Below, piece after piece: positions 35,962-47,284 of a DNA stretch of 64,000 nucleotides; the first letter of the stretch is position 1; each line of letters opens with the position of its first letter. The DNA is taken from assembly GCA_964469525.1 (NCBI GenBank), contig CAYXYU010000001.1, positions 68,508 through 132,507 on the forward strand, written 5' to 3'. The DNA comes from an uncultured Rickettsiales bacterium. GTDB lineage: Bacteria > Pseudomonadota > Alphaproteobacteria > Rickettsiales > SXRF01. The notes beneath the pieces were generated by a model. It saw nothing but the letters and a program-made list of their open reading frames with translations, ran no database searches and had not been told where the DNA came from. Position numbers and translations under genes: made by a program.

Positions 35962-36818
35962 GCGATATTCACTATATCCTCACTCTCTCCTGCAGGGATA
36001 CCCGCGGCATCGTGGCGACGGTAACAGGGTTTCTGGCCGAGCATTACGGGTTTATCATCGAATCGGCCCAGTTTGGCGATGCCTCGACCGGCATGTTCTT
36101 CCTGCGCATTGAATTCACTGTCGAGAAAGGTGGACCGGGCGACGATGTGCTGAAGCAGCGCTTTCAGGAGCAGGTCGCCAAAGCATTCGGCATGCAGTGG
36201 CAACTCATCGACAAGCAGAGGAAAAGCCGCGTACTTATCATGGTTTCGAAGGAGGGGCACTGCCTCAACGACCTGCTCTATCGCTACAAGACCGGCCAGC
36301 TGCCGATCGAGGTGCCAGCCATCGTTTCTAACCACAAAGACTGGGAGGGAGTGGCGAAGTGGCACGGTATCCCGTTCCATCACCTGCCGGTTGCCAGCGG
36401 CAAGCAGGCGAAGCAGGAGGAGCAAGTGTGGGAAATTGTTGTGCGTCACAAAATCGATGTGGTGGTGCTGGCGCGTTATATGCAGATACTTTCAGGGGAT
36501 TTGTGCGCCCGGCTGGAAGGCCGGGCGATCAATATCCATCATTCCTTCCTGCCCAGCTTCAAGGGCGCCAAACCCTACCGGCAGGCCTTCGACCGGGGGG
36601 TAAAGCTCATCGGCGCGACGGCCCATTACGTAACGACGGACCTGGACGAAGGCCCGATCATCGAGCAGGAAGTGGCGCGCGTCGACCATACGCATTCACC
36701 CGATGACCTGACTGCCATCGGGCGCGACATCGAATGCCTGGTGCTGGCCCGCGCAGTGAAATACCATGCCGAACACCGCGTGCTGCTCAACGGGGCGAAG
36801 ACCGTGGTGTTTAGGTAG
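35958..36818 (+). CDS. purU: formyltetrahydrofolate deformylase
   Basis: 286 aa, GTG start overlapping the upstream stop. ACT domain then formyltransferase core (INIHHSFLPSF.GAKPY.QA, HYVT.DLDEGPII.Q). Confidence 0.9.
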   Translation: MSDIHYILTLSCRDTRGIVATVTGFLAEHYGFIIESAQFGDASTGMFFLRIEFTVEKGGPGDDVLKQRFQEQVAKAFGMQWQLIDKQRKSRVLIMVSKEGHCLNDLLYRYKTGQLPIEVPAIVSNHKDWEGVAKWHGIPFHHLPVASGKQAKQEEQVWEIVVRHKIDVVVLARYMQILSGDLCARLEGRAINIHHSFLPSFKGAKPYRQAFDRGVKLIGATAHYVTTDLDEGPIIEQEVARVDHTHSPDDLTAIGRDIECLVLARAVKYHAEHRVLLNGAKTVVFR

Positions 36819-37562
36819 TTACATGGAGCGGAAGATATTATAAAAGCCGGCGACCGTGCCAGCCAACCCCGCTACCAAAGCTCCGCCACCGATTACACCT
36901 TTGATTACGCGCTCGGTAGTAGGGATAGGCTCGAAGGCAAAGGTAACGGACTTATTCCCATCTTTATTACTATCCGTTTCAACCTGTCGTTCTTTAAGGC
37001 CGGTCATCGACACCGACAACATCTTCCCCCCCATGTCTATCAGCGCGCCGCCGACTACCATTTCCGCTACCGCAATACCGAATCCGGCGCCGGGATGTTT
37101 CTGGTCAACGGAGTGCAGCGTGTTCTGATGCCATTCAACCCCTTTGCCTATGGTGCGGGTGATGAGTCCTGCCTCCTTCTCGGCGGCTTCTACTATGTTG
37201 GTGTGACCTTGAGGCAATATTCTGGAAGCTCTGGCACCGTTGCGAATCGTATTAAGATGCTCAGTGGCTTTTATCACTTCCTGAGTTAGCAGATTCTGTG
37301 CGGTATCTATTCCTTCGGACCCAAATCCAATTTTTTGTAGCTGCTCGAAATAAGCCTGAGCTTTCCTATAAGCTTCTCGTTGTTTTTCGCCGCTTTCATT
37401 ATGGAGATCATATAATACATCCAACCAGGATTTTTGAGCATGGGCTGCTTCCCGCAATGCTTTATTATTCTCGGTGTCAGCCACCTTTATCATCTTCCGA
37501 AAGACGCTTCTTCCGGTTTTCAAGAGAGTATTAATATTTTCTTGAATGGGTTCTGAACGCAT
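36819..37562 (-). CDS. hypothetical protein with Gly-rich hydrophobic segments (orphan, lower GC)
   Basis: 247-aa ORF. Its stop directly abuts the convergent purU stop. No recognisable family. Confidence 0.45.
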   Translation of the reverse strand: MRSEPIQENINTLLKTGRSVFRKMIKVADTENNKALREAAHAQKSWLDVLYDLHNESGEKQREAYRKAQAYFEQLQKIGFGSEGIDTAQNLLTQEVIKATEHLNTIRNGARASRILPQGHTNIVEAAEKEAGLITRTIGKGVEWHQNTLHSVDQKHPGAGFGIAVAEMVVGGALIDMGGKMLSVSMTGLKERQVETDSNKDGNKSVTFAFEPIPTTERVIKGVIGGGALVAGLAGTVAGFYNIFRSM

Positions 37563-37672
37563 GGATTTCTACTCAGTATTGTCGATTTTCCAGCTTACCA
37601 CGATGGTAATAGTGATGGTGTTACAAAATGATGACATTTCTCCCGCTCGGGAGATTTATATAACTATATAAA

Positions 37673-38316
37673 TTATATGGATATTCTTAGTTTCCCAATC
37701 TCGTGGCGGGGTGTTTCGACCCATCCGCCGGGGCGGGCTGGGATGATGGTTTCGGTCTGGATCTGTTCCTGGTAAAAGGCACGGATGTCCTTCATGTCCG
37801 TGTCATCGAGAAGGATCCAGGCATTGCGCAGGGCCAGCTTTCTGGCATTGCCGGTATCGGTGCGGCAGGTGTCCGTACGGTGGTCGCCATCGATATGAAA
37901 CAGGCCAAAACGCACATTCTGCTCCCTCAGCTGCGGCAGGACCAGCCGGGAATCGCCTTCGTAGAAATAAAAACGGTCTTTAAATGCATGCTGAAGGTAA
38001 TTCGCCACCGGGCGCGTATAGGAATGCATGCAGATATCGACACTATGCAGCTCGACGCCGTGCGCCAGCGCCAGCAGCGCCGAGTGTCCGCCATTCAGCC
38101 CGATTTCCAGCATCCGGTGACTGACACGGCAGGCGGCGGCCAGGTTGCCGCGTTTGGGTGAATTAGTGAGATTTTCCGCGACGGAACCGGTTCATGATGG
38201 TGGTAAAAAATATTGCCTTCCAGCGCATGGCCGGAATTTATGACGATGCGGTTGAGTTCATCCAGGTGCGGCAGGTAAGCTCGGGCAAATGACTGTGCGG
38301 AATCTGCACGTGGCGC
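37673..38316 (-). pseudogene. class I SAM-dependent methyltransferase remnant (5'-truncated and frameshifted; 37673..38113 remains an intact ORF)
   Basis: ORF 37673..38113 begins right at motif I (MLEIGLNGGHS). Upstream, a different frame reads ...FARAYLPHLDELNRIVINSGHALEGNIFYHHHEPVPS with no start codon, running from the lon stop. Confidence 0.5.
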
Positions 38317-40722
<2,406 letters not shown>

Positions 40723-40934
40723 GGCAATCGCTTTTTCTTTCGGTTAAAATGTGTCTGGGCTTACCAGCAGGATACCGTCTAATATAGGGGAAGTATTTCC
40801 CCATTACCAGTGACAAGTGGCTGCAGATTTATAAGCGATTGATATTGGAAATAATAAAAAACGTATAAATGCTTTAGCGGATTTCGCTGCACTGGATGAT
40901 ATCCGGGCAACTCGGCAAGCCGTAGCTTTCGAGC

Positions 40935-40993
40935 TGGTGCGGATGGAGGGACTTGAACCCCCACGCCTTGCGGCGCCAGGACCTAAACTGGCA
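40935..40993 (-). pseudogene. 3' remnant of a tRNA-Leu gene (anticodon arm to CCA)
   Basis: Reverse complement is TGCCAGTTTAGGTCCTGGCGCCGCAAGGCGTGGGGGTTCAAGTCCCTCCATCCGCACCA. T-arm, variable arm and acceptor 3' strand are intact. The anticodon arm lacks 1 nt, and no D-arm or 5' acceptor strand is adjacent. Confidence 0.6.
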
Positions 40994-41026
40994 GATTTCG
41001 TTGGCGAGGTACGAGCTTAAGAAATC
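40994..41026. repeat. hairpin terminus L of the tRNA-Leu cassette
   Basis: gatttc-gttggcgaggtacgagcttaa-gaaatc. About 75% identical by eye to the reverse complement of 41183-41218. Confidence 0.5.
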
Positions 41027-41061
41027 GCCACCCCGGCGCAGGCCGGGGCCCATGTTTTTTA

Positions 41062-41146
41062 TGGTGCGGTCGAGAGGACTTGAACCTCCACGGGTTACCC
41101 CGCCAGAACCTAAATCTGGTGCGTCTGCCAATTCCGCCACGACCGC
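41062..41146 (-). tRNA. tRNA-Leu (anticodon TAG), intact
   Basis: GCGGTCG-TG-GCGGAATTGGCAGACGC-A-CCAGA-TTTAGGT-TCTGG-CGGGGTAACCCGT-GGAGG-TTCAAGT-CCTCT-CGACCGC-ACCA. 85 nt, long variable arm. Confidence 0.9.
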
Positions 41147-41156
41147 AAGAAGAAGT

Positions 41157-41182
41157 GGATCCCCGCCTTCGCGGGGACGACA
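41157..41182. repeat. hairpin of the GGATCCCCGC..GCGGGGACGAC family
   Basis: ggatccccgccttcgcggggacgaca, inside the cassette upstream of tRNA-Leu(TAG). Confidence 0.55.
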
Positions 41183-41218
41183 GCTTTCCTAAGCTCGCAT
41201 ACGCTCACTAATGAAAGC
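41183..41218. repeat. hairpin terminus R of the tRNA-Leu cassette
   Basis: gctttc-ctaagctcgcatacgctcactaat-gaaagc. Inverted relative to 40994-41026. Confidence 0.5.
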
Positions 41219-41220
41219 TA

Positions 41221-41240
41221 GTCGATTCCGCCACATCCGC
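41221..41240 (-). pseudogene. 5' remnant of a tRNA-Leu gene (acceptor 5' strand + start of D-arm)
   Basis: Reverse complement is GCGGATGTGGCGGAATCGAC. GCGGATG is the exact complement of the CATCCGC acceptor 3' strand in the remnant at 40935-40993. Confidence 0.55.
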
Positions 41241-41250
41241 GCACCCACGT

Positions 41251-41279
41251 GTCATACCCGGGCCTGGCCCGAGTATCCA
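41251..41279. repeat. variant hairpin of the GTCAT..ATCCA family
   Basis: gtcatacccgggcctggcccgagtatcca. Confidence 0.45.
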
Positions 41280-41298
41280 TTGAAAAAATAGCGCTGGG

Positions 41299-41472
41299 CT
41301 AGAGGTGGTTCTGCGCCGTCTGCTGGAAGCTGGCCTCGCAGCCGGGGTATTTATGGCCGTCCGGGCAGGCGGTGTACTGGTAATAGAAGCTGTCCCAGCC
41401 CGTCGTTTCAGGCACCAGCCCGCAGCCGGAGAGGGGAAGCATCAGTAACAGAATGAAAGACAGCTGTCGCAT
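41299..41472 (-). CDS. small putative lipoprotein (57 aa; below the ORF-track cutoff)
   Basis: My translation is MRQLSFILLLMLPLSGCGLVPETTGWDSFYYQYTACPDGHKYPGCEASFQQTAQNHL. It has a lipobox LSGC after a hydrophobic core and four Cys. Confidence 0.4.
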   Translation of the reverse strand: MRQLSFILLLMLPLSGCGLVPETTGWDSFYYQYTACPDGHKYPGCEASFQQTAQNHL

Positions 41473-41708
41473 AGGCGGCTATTATATTCATTCCTATGAA
41501 TCCGTATGTTACAGTTTTGTGAAATTTGCATAAGCAAGTGATAAAATTAGTTCCGTATTTTAATACAGAGAGTTGCGTTCATACGGTAAAAGTTATCATA
41601 CTGTAACAAAACCTTTGGCATCTAAGCCGTTGTCATGAAATTTTAACACACCGATGACAGGCACCGTGTTAGAGTGTAAGAGTAAAAAACCAATTTTTGC
41701 GGAAGGTT

Positions 41709-42434
41709 ATGACGCCTCTTGAACAACGCATAAATTCCAATATCGACCGACTGATGGAGGAAGCCAAAAGCGGCGAAGGTACGCTTGGACATCTATTGAC
41801 CAACAGCTACGATAAAGTTGCTAATGGCGTTGTTGATAAACATAAACTAGCCCAAAGCCGCGATTCTACGTTACCGAACCTTACTCAAGAAGAATTACGC
41901 CAGAAAATCAATGATGGGATGGATGCGGAAGCAGATAGGCTTAAGAATGGCTTGAAGCAAGCTGCCCAAGGTGAATCCACCCAGAATATGGATTTCAGCC
42001 AGTTTACCGGCATTGCCCAGGCGGGGAGCGCGGTGCTGGGAGGGGGATTCCTTGAAAAAATAGCCGGACTATTCAGCCTGTCGAATTTCGGCATTATCCA
42101 AGATCTTTTTTCCGGCTTCATGGCCATGCTCTCAGGCAGGAGTTTTCAGGAGGGAATGCAGGAATCCAAGCTCAACCGTAATATATCCAAATTGGCAGAA
42201 GGCCTGAATGTGGATTCTGCAACGCTCAAAAATGAATTATTGAAAGAGCCCGAGACAGCTGCCGCACCCCCTGCGGGAAATGTCGCCGCGGCCCAGCAGC
42301 AGGCAACAGGGGTTGCACTGGCGGGCACTACGTTGGATCAGGACTACAGCGCATCCAATGGAACTGGAACAGGGGCTGCACCACGTACACCCGCTCCTCC
42401 TCCGCCAGCTGCCGGACTGGTTCCCACTCCCTGA
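41709..42434 (+). CDS. hypothetical protein, helical with Pro/Ala-rich C-terminus (orphan, lower GC)
   Basis: ATG at 41709 after GGAAGG (tracked TTG at 41697). No signal peptide or recognisable family. AT-rich upstream region. Confidence 0.45.
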   Translation: MTPLEQRINSNIDRLMEEAKSGEGTLGHLLTNSYDKVANGVVDKHKLAQSRDSTLPNLTQEELRQKINDGMDAEADRLKNGLKQAAQGESTQNMDFSQFTGIAQAGSAVLGGGFLEKIAGLFSLSNFGIIQDLFSGFMAMLSGRSFQEGMQESKLNRNISKLAEGLNVDSATLKNELLKEPETAAAPPAGNVAAAQQQATGVALAGTTLDQDYSASNGTGTGAAPRTPAPPPPAAGLVPTP

Positions 42435-42520
42435 TTTCCCCAGAAAACCATTTGCCTTTTGGGTTGCCGGATAGTAATCCCTATGGCTCTCTCAATATAT
42501 ATCGCAAGGGTTTGGCACGC

Positions 42521-43912
42521 ATGAAGGTTACCGAGCTGAAATCACAGGGCCTGAAAAAGGAATTCCGCATCGTTGTCGGCGCGGAGCAGATCAACTCGGA
42601 AATGGAGCAGGCGCTGCGCCGCGCCGGCGAGCGCGTCAAGATTCCCGGCTTTCGCCCCGGCTATATCCCGCTGAAAATCCTCAAGCAGCGCTACGGCAAG
42701 AACGTGCAGGGCGACGTGCTGAAGACGGTTATCAACCGTGCCACCACCGAGGCCGTCAACGCACAGAAGCTGCGTCCGGCCCTGACGCCGCAGATCAACA
42801 TCGAGGATTACAAGGACGAGGGCGAACTGACTTTCACCATGGCGGTGGAGACGTTCCCGGACGTGCCTGAAATCGGCTTTGATAAGATCACGCTTGACCG
42901 CAAGACCTTCGAGATCGCCGAATCCGATATCGACGAAGCAGCGCGGCGCATCGCCGAGCGCAGCCCGAAGCTGAACCGCCTGCCGGAAGGCACCGCGGCG
43001 AAGGAAGGCAATGTGCTAACCATCGACTTCAAAGGCACGATTGACGGCGTCGCATTCGAGGGCGGCACGGCCAGCGATTTTAATCTGGAGCTGGGCAGCG
43101 GCCAGTTCATCGCCGGTTTCGAGGACCAGCTGATCGGGGCGAAGGAAGGGGATGAACGAACTGTGAAGGTTACGTTCCCGAAGGATTACCCGAGCAAGAA
43201 TCTGGCCGGTAAAGATGCCGCCTTCGCGGTTGCCGTGAAGGCCGTGCTGGAGAAGGACACGCCGGCGATCGACGACGCCTTCGCCAAAGCACGCGGTTTC
43301 GCCGACCAGCGCGCGTTCCGCGAGGCGGTACGCAACCAGCTGGTGAAGGAGTACGACCAGCTGGTGCGCAATCAACTCAAGAAGCAGCTCTTCGACCTGC
43401 TGGAAGAGAAATATGATTTCGAGCTGCCGTCCGGCATGGTCGAGATGGAGTTCAAGTCGATCTGGGACCGTATGCAGCAGGCCAAGGCCCGCGGCGAGGA
43501 TGTCGGCGAGGATAAGAGCGAGCAGGAGCTGAAAGAGGAATACCGGCAGATCGCCCGCCGCCGCGTCAAGCTGGGGCTGCTGCTGGCCGAGATCGGCAAC
43601 CGCAACAAGATCCAGATCTCGCGCGACGAGCTGTCGCGCGCCATGGTGCAGCAGGCGAGCATGTTCCCCGGGCAGGAAAAGAAGGTGATGGATTTCTACC
43701 GCGACAACCCGGACCGGCTGGAGGACCTGCGCGGCCCGATCCTTGAGGAAAAGGCAGTCGATTTCATCCTCGCCAAGGTCAAGTTCAACGACCGCAAGGT
43801 GACGGTGGAGGATCTGGCCGAGGAAGAAGACGCCGACACGTCGGAGAAGAAAAAGAAGAAGGCCGGCAAATCCGAGGAAGCGCCGAAGAAGAAGGCCGGC
43901 GGGAAGAAGTAG
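42521..43912 (+). CDS. tig: trigger factor
   Basis: ATG at 42521 (MKVTELKSQGLKKEFRIVV). GFRPGYIPLKIL ribosome-binding signature, FKBP-type middle domain, Lys-rich tail. Confidence 0.9.
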   Translation: MKVTELKSQGLKKEFRIVVGAEQINSEMEQALRRAGERVKIPGFRPGYIPLKILKQRYGKNVQGDVLKTVINRATTEAVNAQKLRPALTPQINIEDYKDEGELTFTMAVETFPDVPEIGFDKITLDRKTFEIAESDIDEAARRIAERSPKLNRLPEGTAAKEGNVLTIDFKGTIDGVAFEGGTASDFNLELGSGQFIAGFEDQLIGAKEGDERTVKVTFPKDYPSKNLAGKDAAFAVAVKAVLEKDTPAIDDAFAKARGFADQRAFREAVRNQLVKEYDQLVRNQLKKQLFDLLEEKYDFELPSGMVEMEFKSIWDRMQQAKARGEDVGEDKSEQELKEEYRQIARRRVKLGLLLAEIGNRNKIQISRDELSRAMVQQASMFPGQEKKVMDFYRDNPDRLEDLRGPILEEKAVDFILAKVKFNDRKVTVEDLAEEEDADTSEKKKKKAGKSEEAPKKKAGGKK

Positions 43913-44174
43913 TCCCTGTCGTCCTTCCCCCCCAATTCGCGTTGCGAATTCTAGGGGAATCCATCTACCAGTGCATAAATAGATAACTGATTGCCATAGA
44001 GTTGCCTTGCAACTCGGGCGATGACGGAAGGCATGGATTCCGTCGGAGTTATCCGCGAAGGCGGGAAAGGGAATGACAATAACGATAACAAATAATTAAC
44101 CTTTCGCCGCTACACAGAATCGAGTACGGTTCCTATATCTTCTTTATATCTTATTTATTAGTGCAGGATGGGTT

Positions 44175-44819
44175 ATGACCAAAGATGCGTTGGAAGTGTA
44201 TAATAACATGCTGGTGCCGATCGTCGTCGAGCAGACGAGCCGCGGCGAGCGCAGCTACGACATCTATTCGCGCCTCCTCAAGGAGCGCATCATCTTCCTG
44301 GTTGGCCCGGTCGAGGACCATATGGCCTCGCTGGTCTGCGCGCAGTTGCTCTTCCTGGAATCGGAGAATCCCGATAAGGATATCTTCATGTACATCAACT
44401 CCCCGGGCGGCATCGTGACTTCGGGTCTCTCCATCTATGACACCATGCAATATATCCGCCCCAAAGTATCCACTCTCTGTTTCGGTCAGGCGGCGTCGAT
44501 GGGTTCGCTGCTGCTGGCGGCGGGTGAGCCGGGCATGCGCTACGCGCTGCCCAACGCCCGTATCATGATCCATCAGCCGTCTGGTGGTTTCCAGGGGCAG
44601 GCGACCGATATCGAGATCCATGCTAAGGAGATACTCAGCCTGAAGGCACGCCTGAATCAGATCTATGTCAAACATACCGGCCAGAAGCTGGCGGTGATCG
44701 AAAAGAACATGGAACGCGACAACTTTATGAATTCCGAGGGAGCTAAGGAATTCGGCCTGGTTGACCAGATCGTTGAAAAACGGTCGGCGGAAGACTTGCT
44801 GGATAAGAAGCCGAAATAA
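44175..44819 (+). CDS. clpP: ATP-dependent Clp protease proteolytic subunit
   Basis: 214 aa. [17 protein letters not shown] (Ser) and RIMIHQP (His) catalytic blocks. Confidence 0.95.
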   Translation: MTKDALEVYNNMLVPIVVEQTSRGERSYDIYSRLLKERIIFLVGPVEDHMASLVCAQLLFLESENPDKDIFMYINSPGGIVTSGLSIYDTMQYIRPKVSTLCFGQAASMGSLLLAAGEPGMRYALPNARIMIHQPSGGFQGQATDIEIHAKEILSLKARLNQIYVKHTGQKLAVIEKNMERDNFMNSEGAKEFGLVDQIVEKRSAEDLLDKKPK

Positions 44820-44892
44820 GGACTTAGCCTCTGGTAATTGTGCATTAACTACCTACATAGTATAATAGATAGTAACTAAAGGGCCTGAAAAC

Positions 44893-46158
44893 GTGACCAA
44901 ATCCGGCAGCCGAGAATCCAAGAACACCCGCTACTGCTCCTTCTGCGGCAAGAGCGAGCACGAGGTCAGGAAACTGATCGCCGGCCCGACGGTGTTCATC
45001 TGCGACGAATGCGTCGTGTTGTGCATGGATATCATTCGTGCCGCCGACAAGGGGGTGCTGGCAAAGGAAGGCGATGACATCGCCAAGCCACAGGACATCC
45101 GCAAGGTGCTCGACGATTACGTGATCGGCCAGGATCAGGCGAAAAAGATTCTCTCGGTCGCTGTGCACAACCACTATAAGCGCATTTCGCTGCTGGAGAA
45201 GAATTCCGACGTTGAGCTGGCCAAGTCGAACATCTTACTGATCGGGCCCACCGGTTCGGGCAAGACGCTGCTGGCGCAGACGCTGGCACGGATTCTCGAC
45301 GTGCCGTTCACCATGGCTGACGCGACGACGCTGACCGAAGCGGGTTATGTCGGCGAGGATGTGGAAAACATTATCCTGCGACTGCTGCAAGCCGCGGATT
45401 ATAATGTCGAGCGGGCGCAGCGCGGCATTGTCTATATTGACGAGGTGGACAAGATTTCGCGTAAATCCGACAACCCTTCCATCACCCGCGACGTATCGGG
45501 CGAGGGCGTGCAGCAAGCACTCCTCAAGATCATGGAAGGCACCGTTGCCTCCGTGCCGCCGCAGGGCGGACGCAAGCATCCGCAGCAGGAATTCCTGCAG
45601 GTTGATACGGCGAACATATTATTCATCGTCGGCGGCGCCTTCTCAGGTCTTGAAAAAATCATCGCGGCGCGCGGGCGGGGCACGGCCATCGGCTTCGGCG
45701 CCGATGTGCGCAGCGCGGAAAACCAGCGCGTCGGCGAGCTGTTCTCGAAAGTGGAGCCGGAAGATTTGCTCAAGTTCGGGCTGATTCCTGAATTCGTCGG
45801 TCGTCTACCCATTATTGCCACGCTGACCGATCTCGATGAGGCGGCGCTGATTTCGATTCTCACTGAGCCGAAGAATGCATTGATCAAGCAGTACAGCAAG
45901 CTGTTCGAGATGGAAGGCGTGCGCCTGCGCTTCTCCGATGATGCGCTGAAAGCCGTGGCGCTGAAGGCCATCAAGCGCAAGACCGGCGCGCGCGGTCTGC
46001 GCGCCATACTGGAAGGTATCCTGCTCGACTTGATGTATGAGTTGCCGAGCATGCCGAATGTCGAAGAGGTTGTCATCAATGCCGACGTGGTCGACAATAA
46101 TGCGCCGCCGGTAATCGTGCATTCGGAACAGAAGCGCGAATCCAAAAAACCCCACTGA
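44893..46158 (+). CDS. clpX: ATP-dependent Clp protease ATP-binding subunit ClpX
   Basis: 421 aa, GTG start. Zinc-binding [24 protein letters not shown] and Walker A GPTGSGKT. Confidence 0.95.
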   Translation: MTKSGSRESKNTRYCSFCGKSEHEVRKLIAGPTVFICDECVVLCMDIIRAADKGVLAKEGDDIAKPQDIRKVLDDYVIGQDQAKKILSVAVHNHYKRISLLEKNSDVELAKSNILLIGPTGSGKTLLAQTLARILDVPFTMADATTLTEAGYVGEDVENIILRLLQAADYNVERAQRGIVYIDEVDKISRKSDNPSITRDVSGEGVQQALLKIMEGTVASVPPQGGRKHPQQEFLQVDTANILFIVGGAFSGLEKIIAARGRGTAIGFGADVRSAENQRVGELFSKVEPEDLLKFGLIPEFVGRLPIIATLTDLDEAALISILTEPKNALIKQYSKLFEMEGVRLRFSDDALKAVALKAIKRKTGARGLRAILEGILLDLMYELPSMPNVEEVVINADVVDNNAPPVIVHSEQKRESKKPH

Positions 46159-46452
46159 TAGTTATAGATCAGAGAAGATAAGTGTGTGTGCTGAGGAAAA
46201 GTACGCGCGCTTAAGCTGATTTTCCGCACCTCTCCGCTTGGAGAGCTATTGCATTTAACCAATCGCTTCGTCTCAAACGGTAGATTTACTGCGAGCTTCC
46301 AAGAATTTTTTTTGAAAAAACCGCACGAATTGCTGTTTACATTTACTTTTTTCCATGCTTACGTCCGAACCGTAGCTTATGGCTGACGCTGTAGCTTAGA
46401 GTTTCAGCCCACTTCTACGCATCTTATAACAAGCAACTAGGGAGTTAGAACA

Positions 46453-46749
46453 ATGAACAAGAATGAACTGATTGCGGAAGTAGCAGACCAGACCGAAATC
46501 ACCAAGGCGAAGGCTGCGGAAGTGATCGATACCTTCATCTCCGTCATCTCGAAGTCGCTGTCGAAGGGCGAGGAAATCCGCCTGGTCGGCTTTGGCACCT
46601 TCACGGTCGTGCATCGCCGCGCCACCGAGGGCCGCAATCCCCGCACCGGCGCCGTCATCAAAATCGCCGCGAGCAACAAGCCGAAATTCAAGCCCGGCAA
46701 GGCGCTCACCGAAGTGGTCAACAAGGCCGCCAAGCGCAAAGCCGCCTAA
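46453..46749 (+). CDS. hupB: DNA-binding protein HU
   Basis: 98 aa. MNKNELIAEVA...GFGTF.V..R.A.EGRNPRTG canonical HU, with a short Lys/Ala tail. Confidence 0.9.
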   Translation: MNKNELIAEVADQTEITKAKAAEVIDTFISVISKSLSKGEEIRLVGFGTFTVVHRRATEGRNPRTGAVIKIAASNKPKFKPGKALTEVVNKAAKRKAA

Positions 46750-46774
46750 TTCAGGCAATTTCCTAAGGAAAATG

Positions 46775-46808
46775 AAACGCCCGGGAATGATTTTCCCGGG
46801 CGTTTTTT
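46775..46808 (+). terminator. rho-independent terminator
   Basis: aacgcccgggaa-tgat-tttcccgggcgt hairpin followed by T6. Confidence 0.8.
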
Positions 46809-46872
46809 ATGAAAGAGGCTGTTGCATTGCGCCCGGAAACAGGGTAAAACGCCTGCTCCGCTAAAGAAAGCG

Positions 46873-46948
46873 GGGCGATTAGCTCAGTTGGTAGAGCATC
46901 TCGTTTACACCGAGAGGGTCGGCAGTTCGAGCCTGTCATCGCCCACCA
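46873..46948 (+). tRNA. tRNA-Val (anticodon TAC)
   Basis: GGGCGAT-TA-GCTC-AGTTGGTA-GAGC-A-TCTCG-TTTACAC-CGAGA-GGGTC-GGCAG-TTCGAGC-CTGTC-ATCGCCC-ACCA. 76 nt. Confidence 0.9.
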
Positions 46949-47017
46949 CCCTACGCCTTCGGCTTCGGGTGGCTGACGCCGGTTCGCCCTGTTTTAAGCG
47001 GATATTACACTCCATGC

Positions 47018-47094
47018 GGGGGTGTAGCTCAGTTGGTTAGAGCGTCGCCCTGTCACGGCGAAGGCCGCGGGTTCGAGTCCCGTCACTCCCGCCA
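47018..47094 (+). tRNA. tRNA-Asp (anticodon GTC)
   Basis: GGGGGTG-TA-GCTC-AGTTGGTTA-GAGC-G-TCGCC-CTGTCAC-GGCGA-AGGCC-GCGGG-TTCGAGT-CCCGT-CACTCCC-G-CCA. 77 nt. Confidence 0.9.
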
Positions 47095-47284
47095 TTTCCT
47101 ACCCCAACCCGTTTTCAATCTGTTCTGGCTATCCACCCGGATTAGCGTTACTTATTTAATTATTACAATATCATGGCGATTGCCGATAAGGGTCGGAAGT
47201 GTCATAAAAGCTTCATACTTTCTATAATCTTAGGATGGTATAGTATAGAATGTATAACCATACCAACGGCTAAGGACTGCTGCC

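Noticed and set aside
40723-40930. Sigma32-type heat-shock promoter upstream of lon (cttgtca ... cccctatat on the minus strand)
   Set aside because: Spacing between the two elements is about 20-24 nt, which is too long. The intervening ggggaa-atac-ttcccc is a hairpin, so it was not called.
40874-41192. Several 60-90-aa ORFs on both strands
   Set aside because: They run across the tRNA-Leu gene, its remnants and the hairpin repeats, so they are not coding.
46159-46452. Possible ncRNA in the 294-bp clpX-hupB gap
   Set aside because: I could see no convincing conserved structure or terminator. It is more likely the promoter and leader of hupB, possibly a rearrangement scar.
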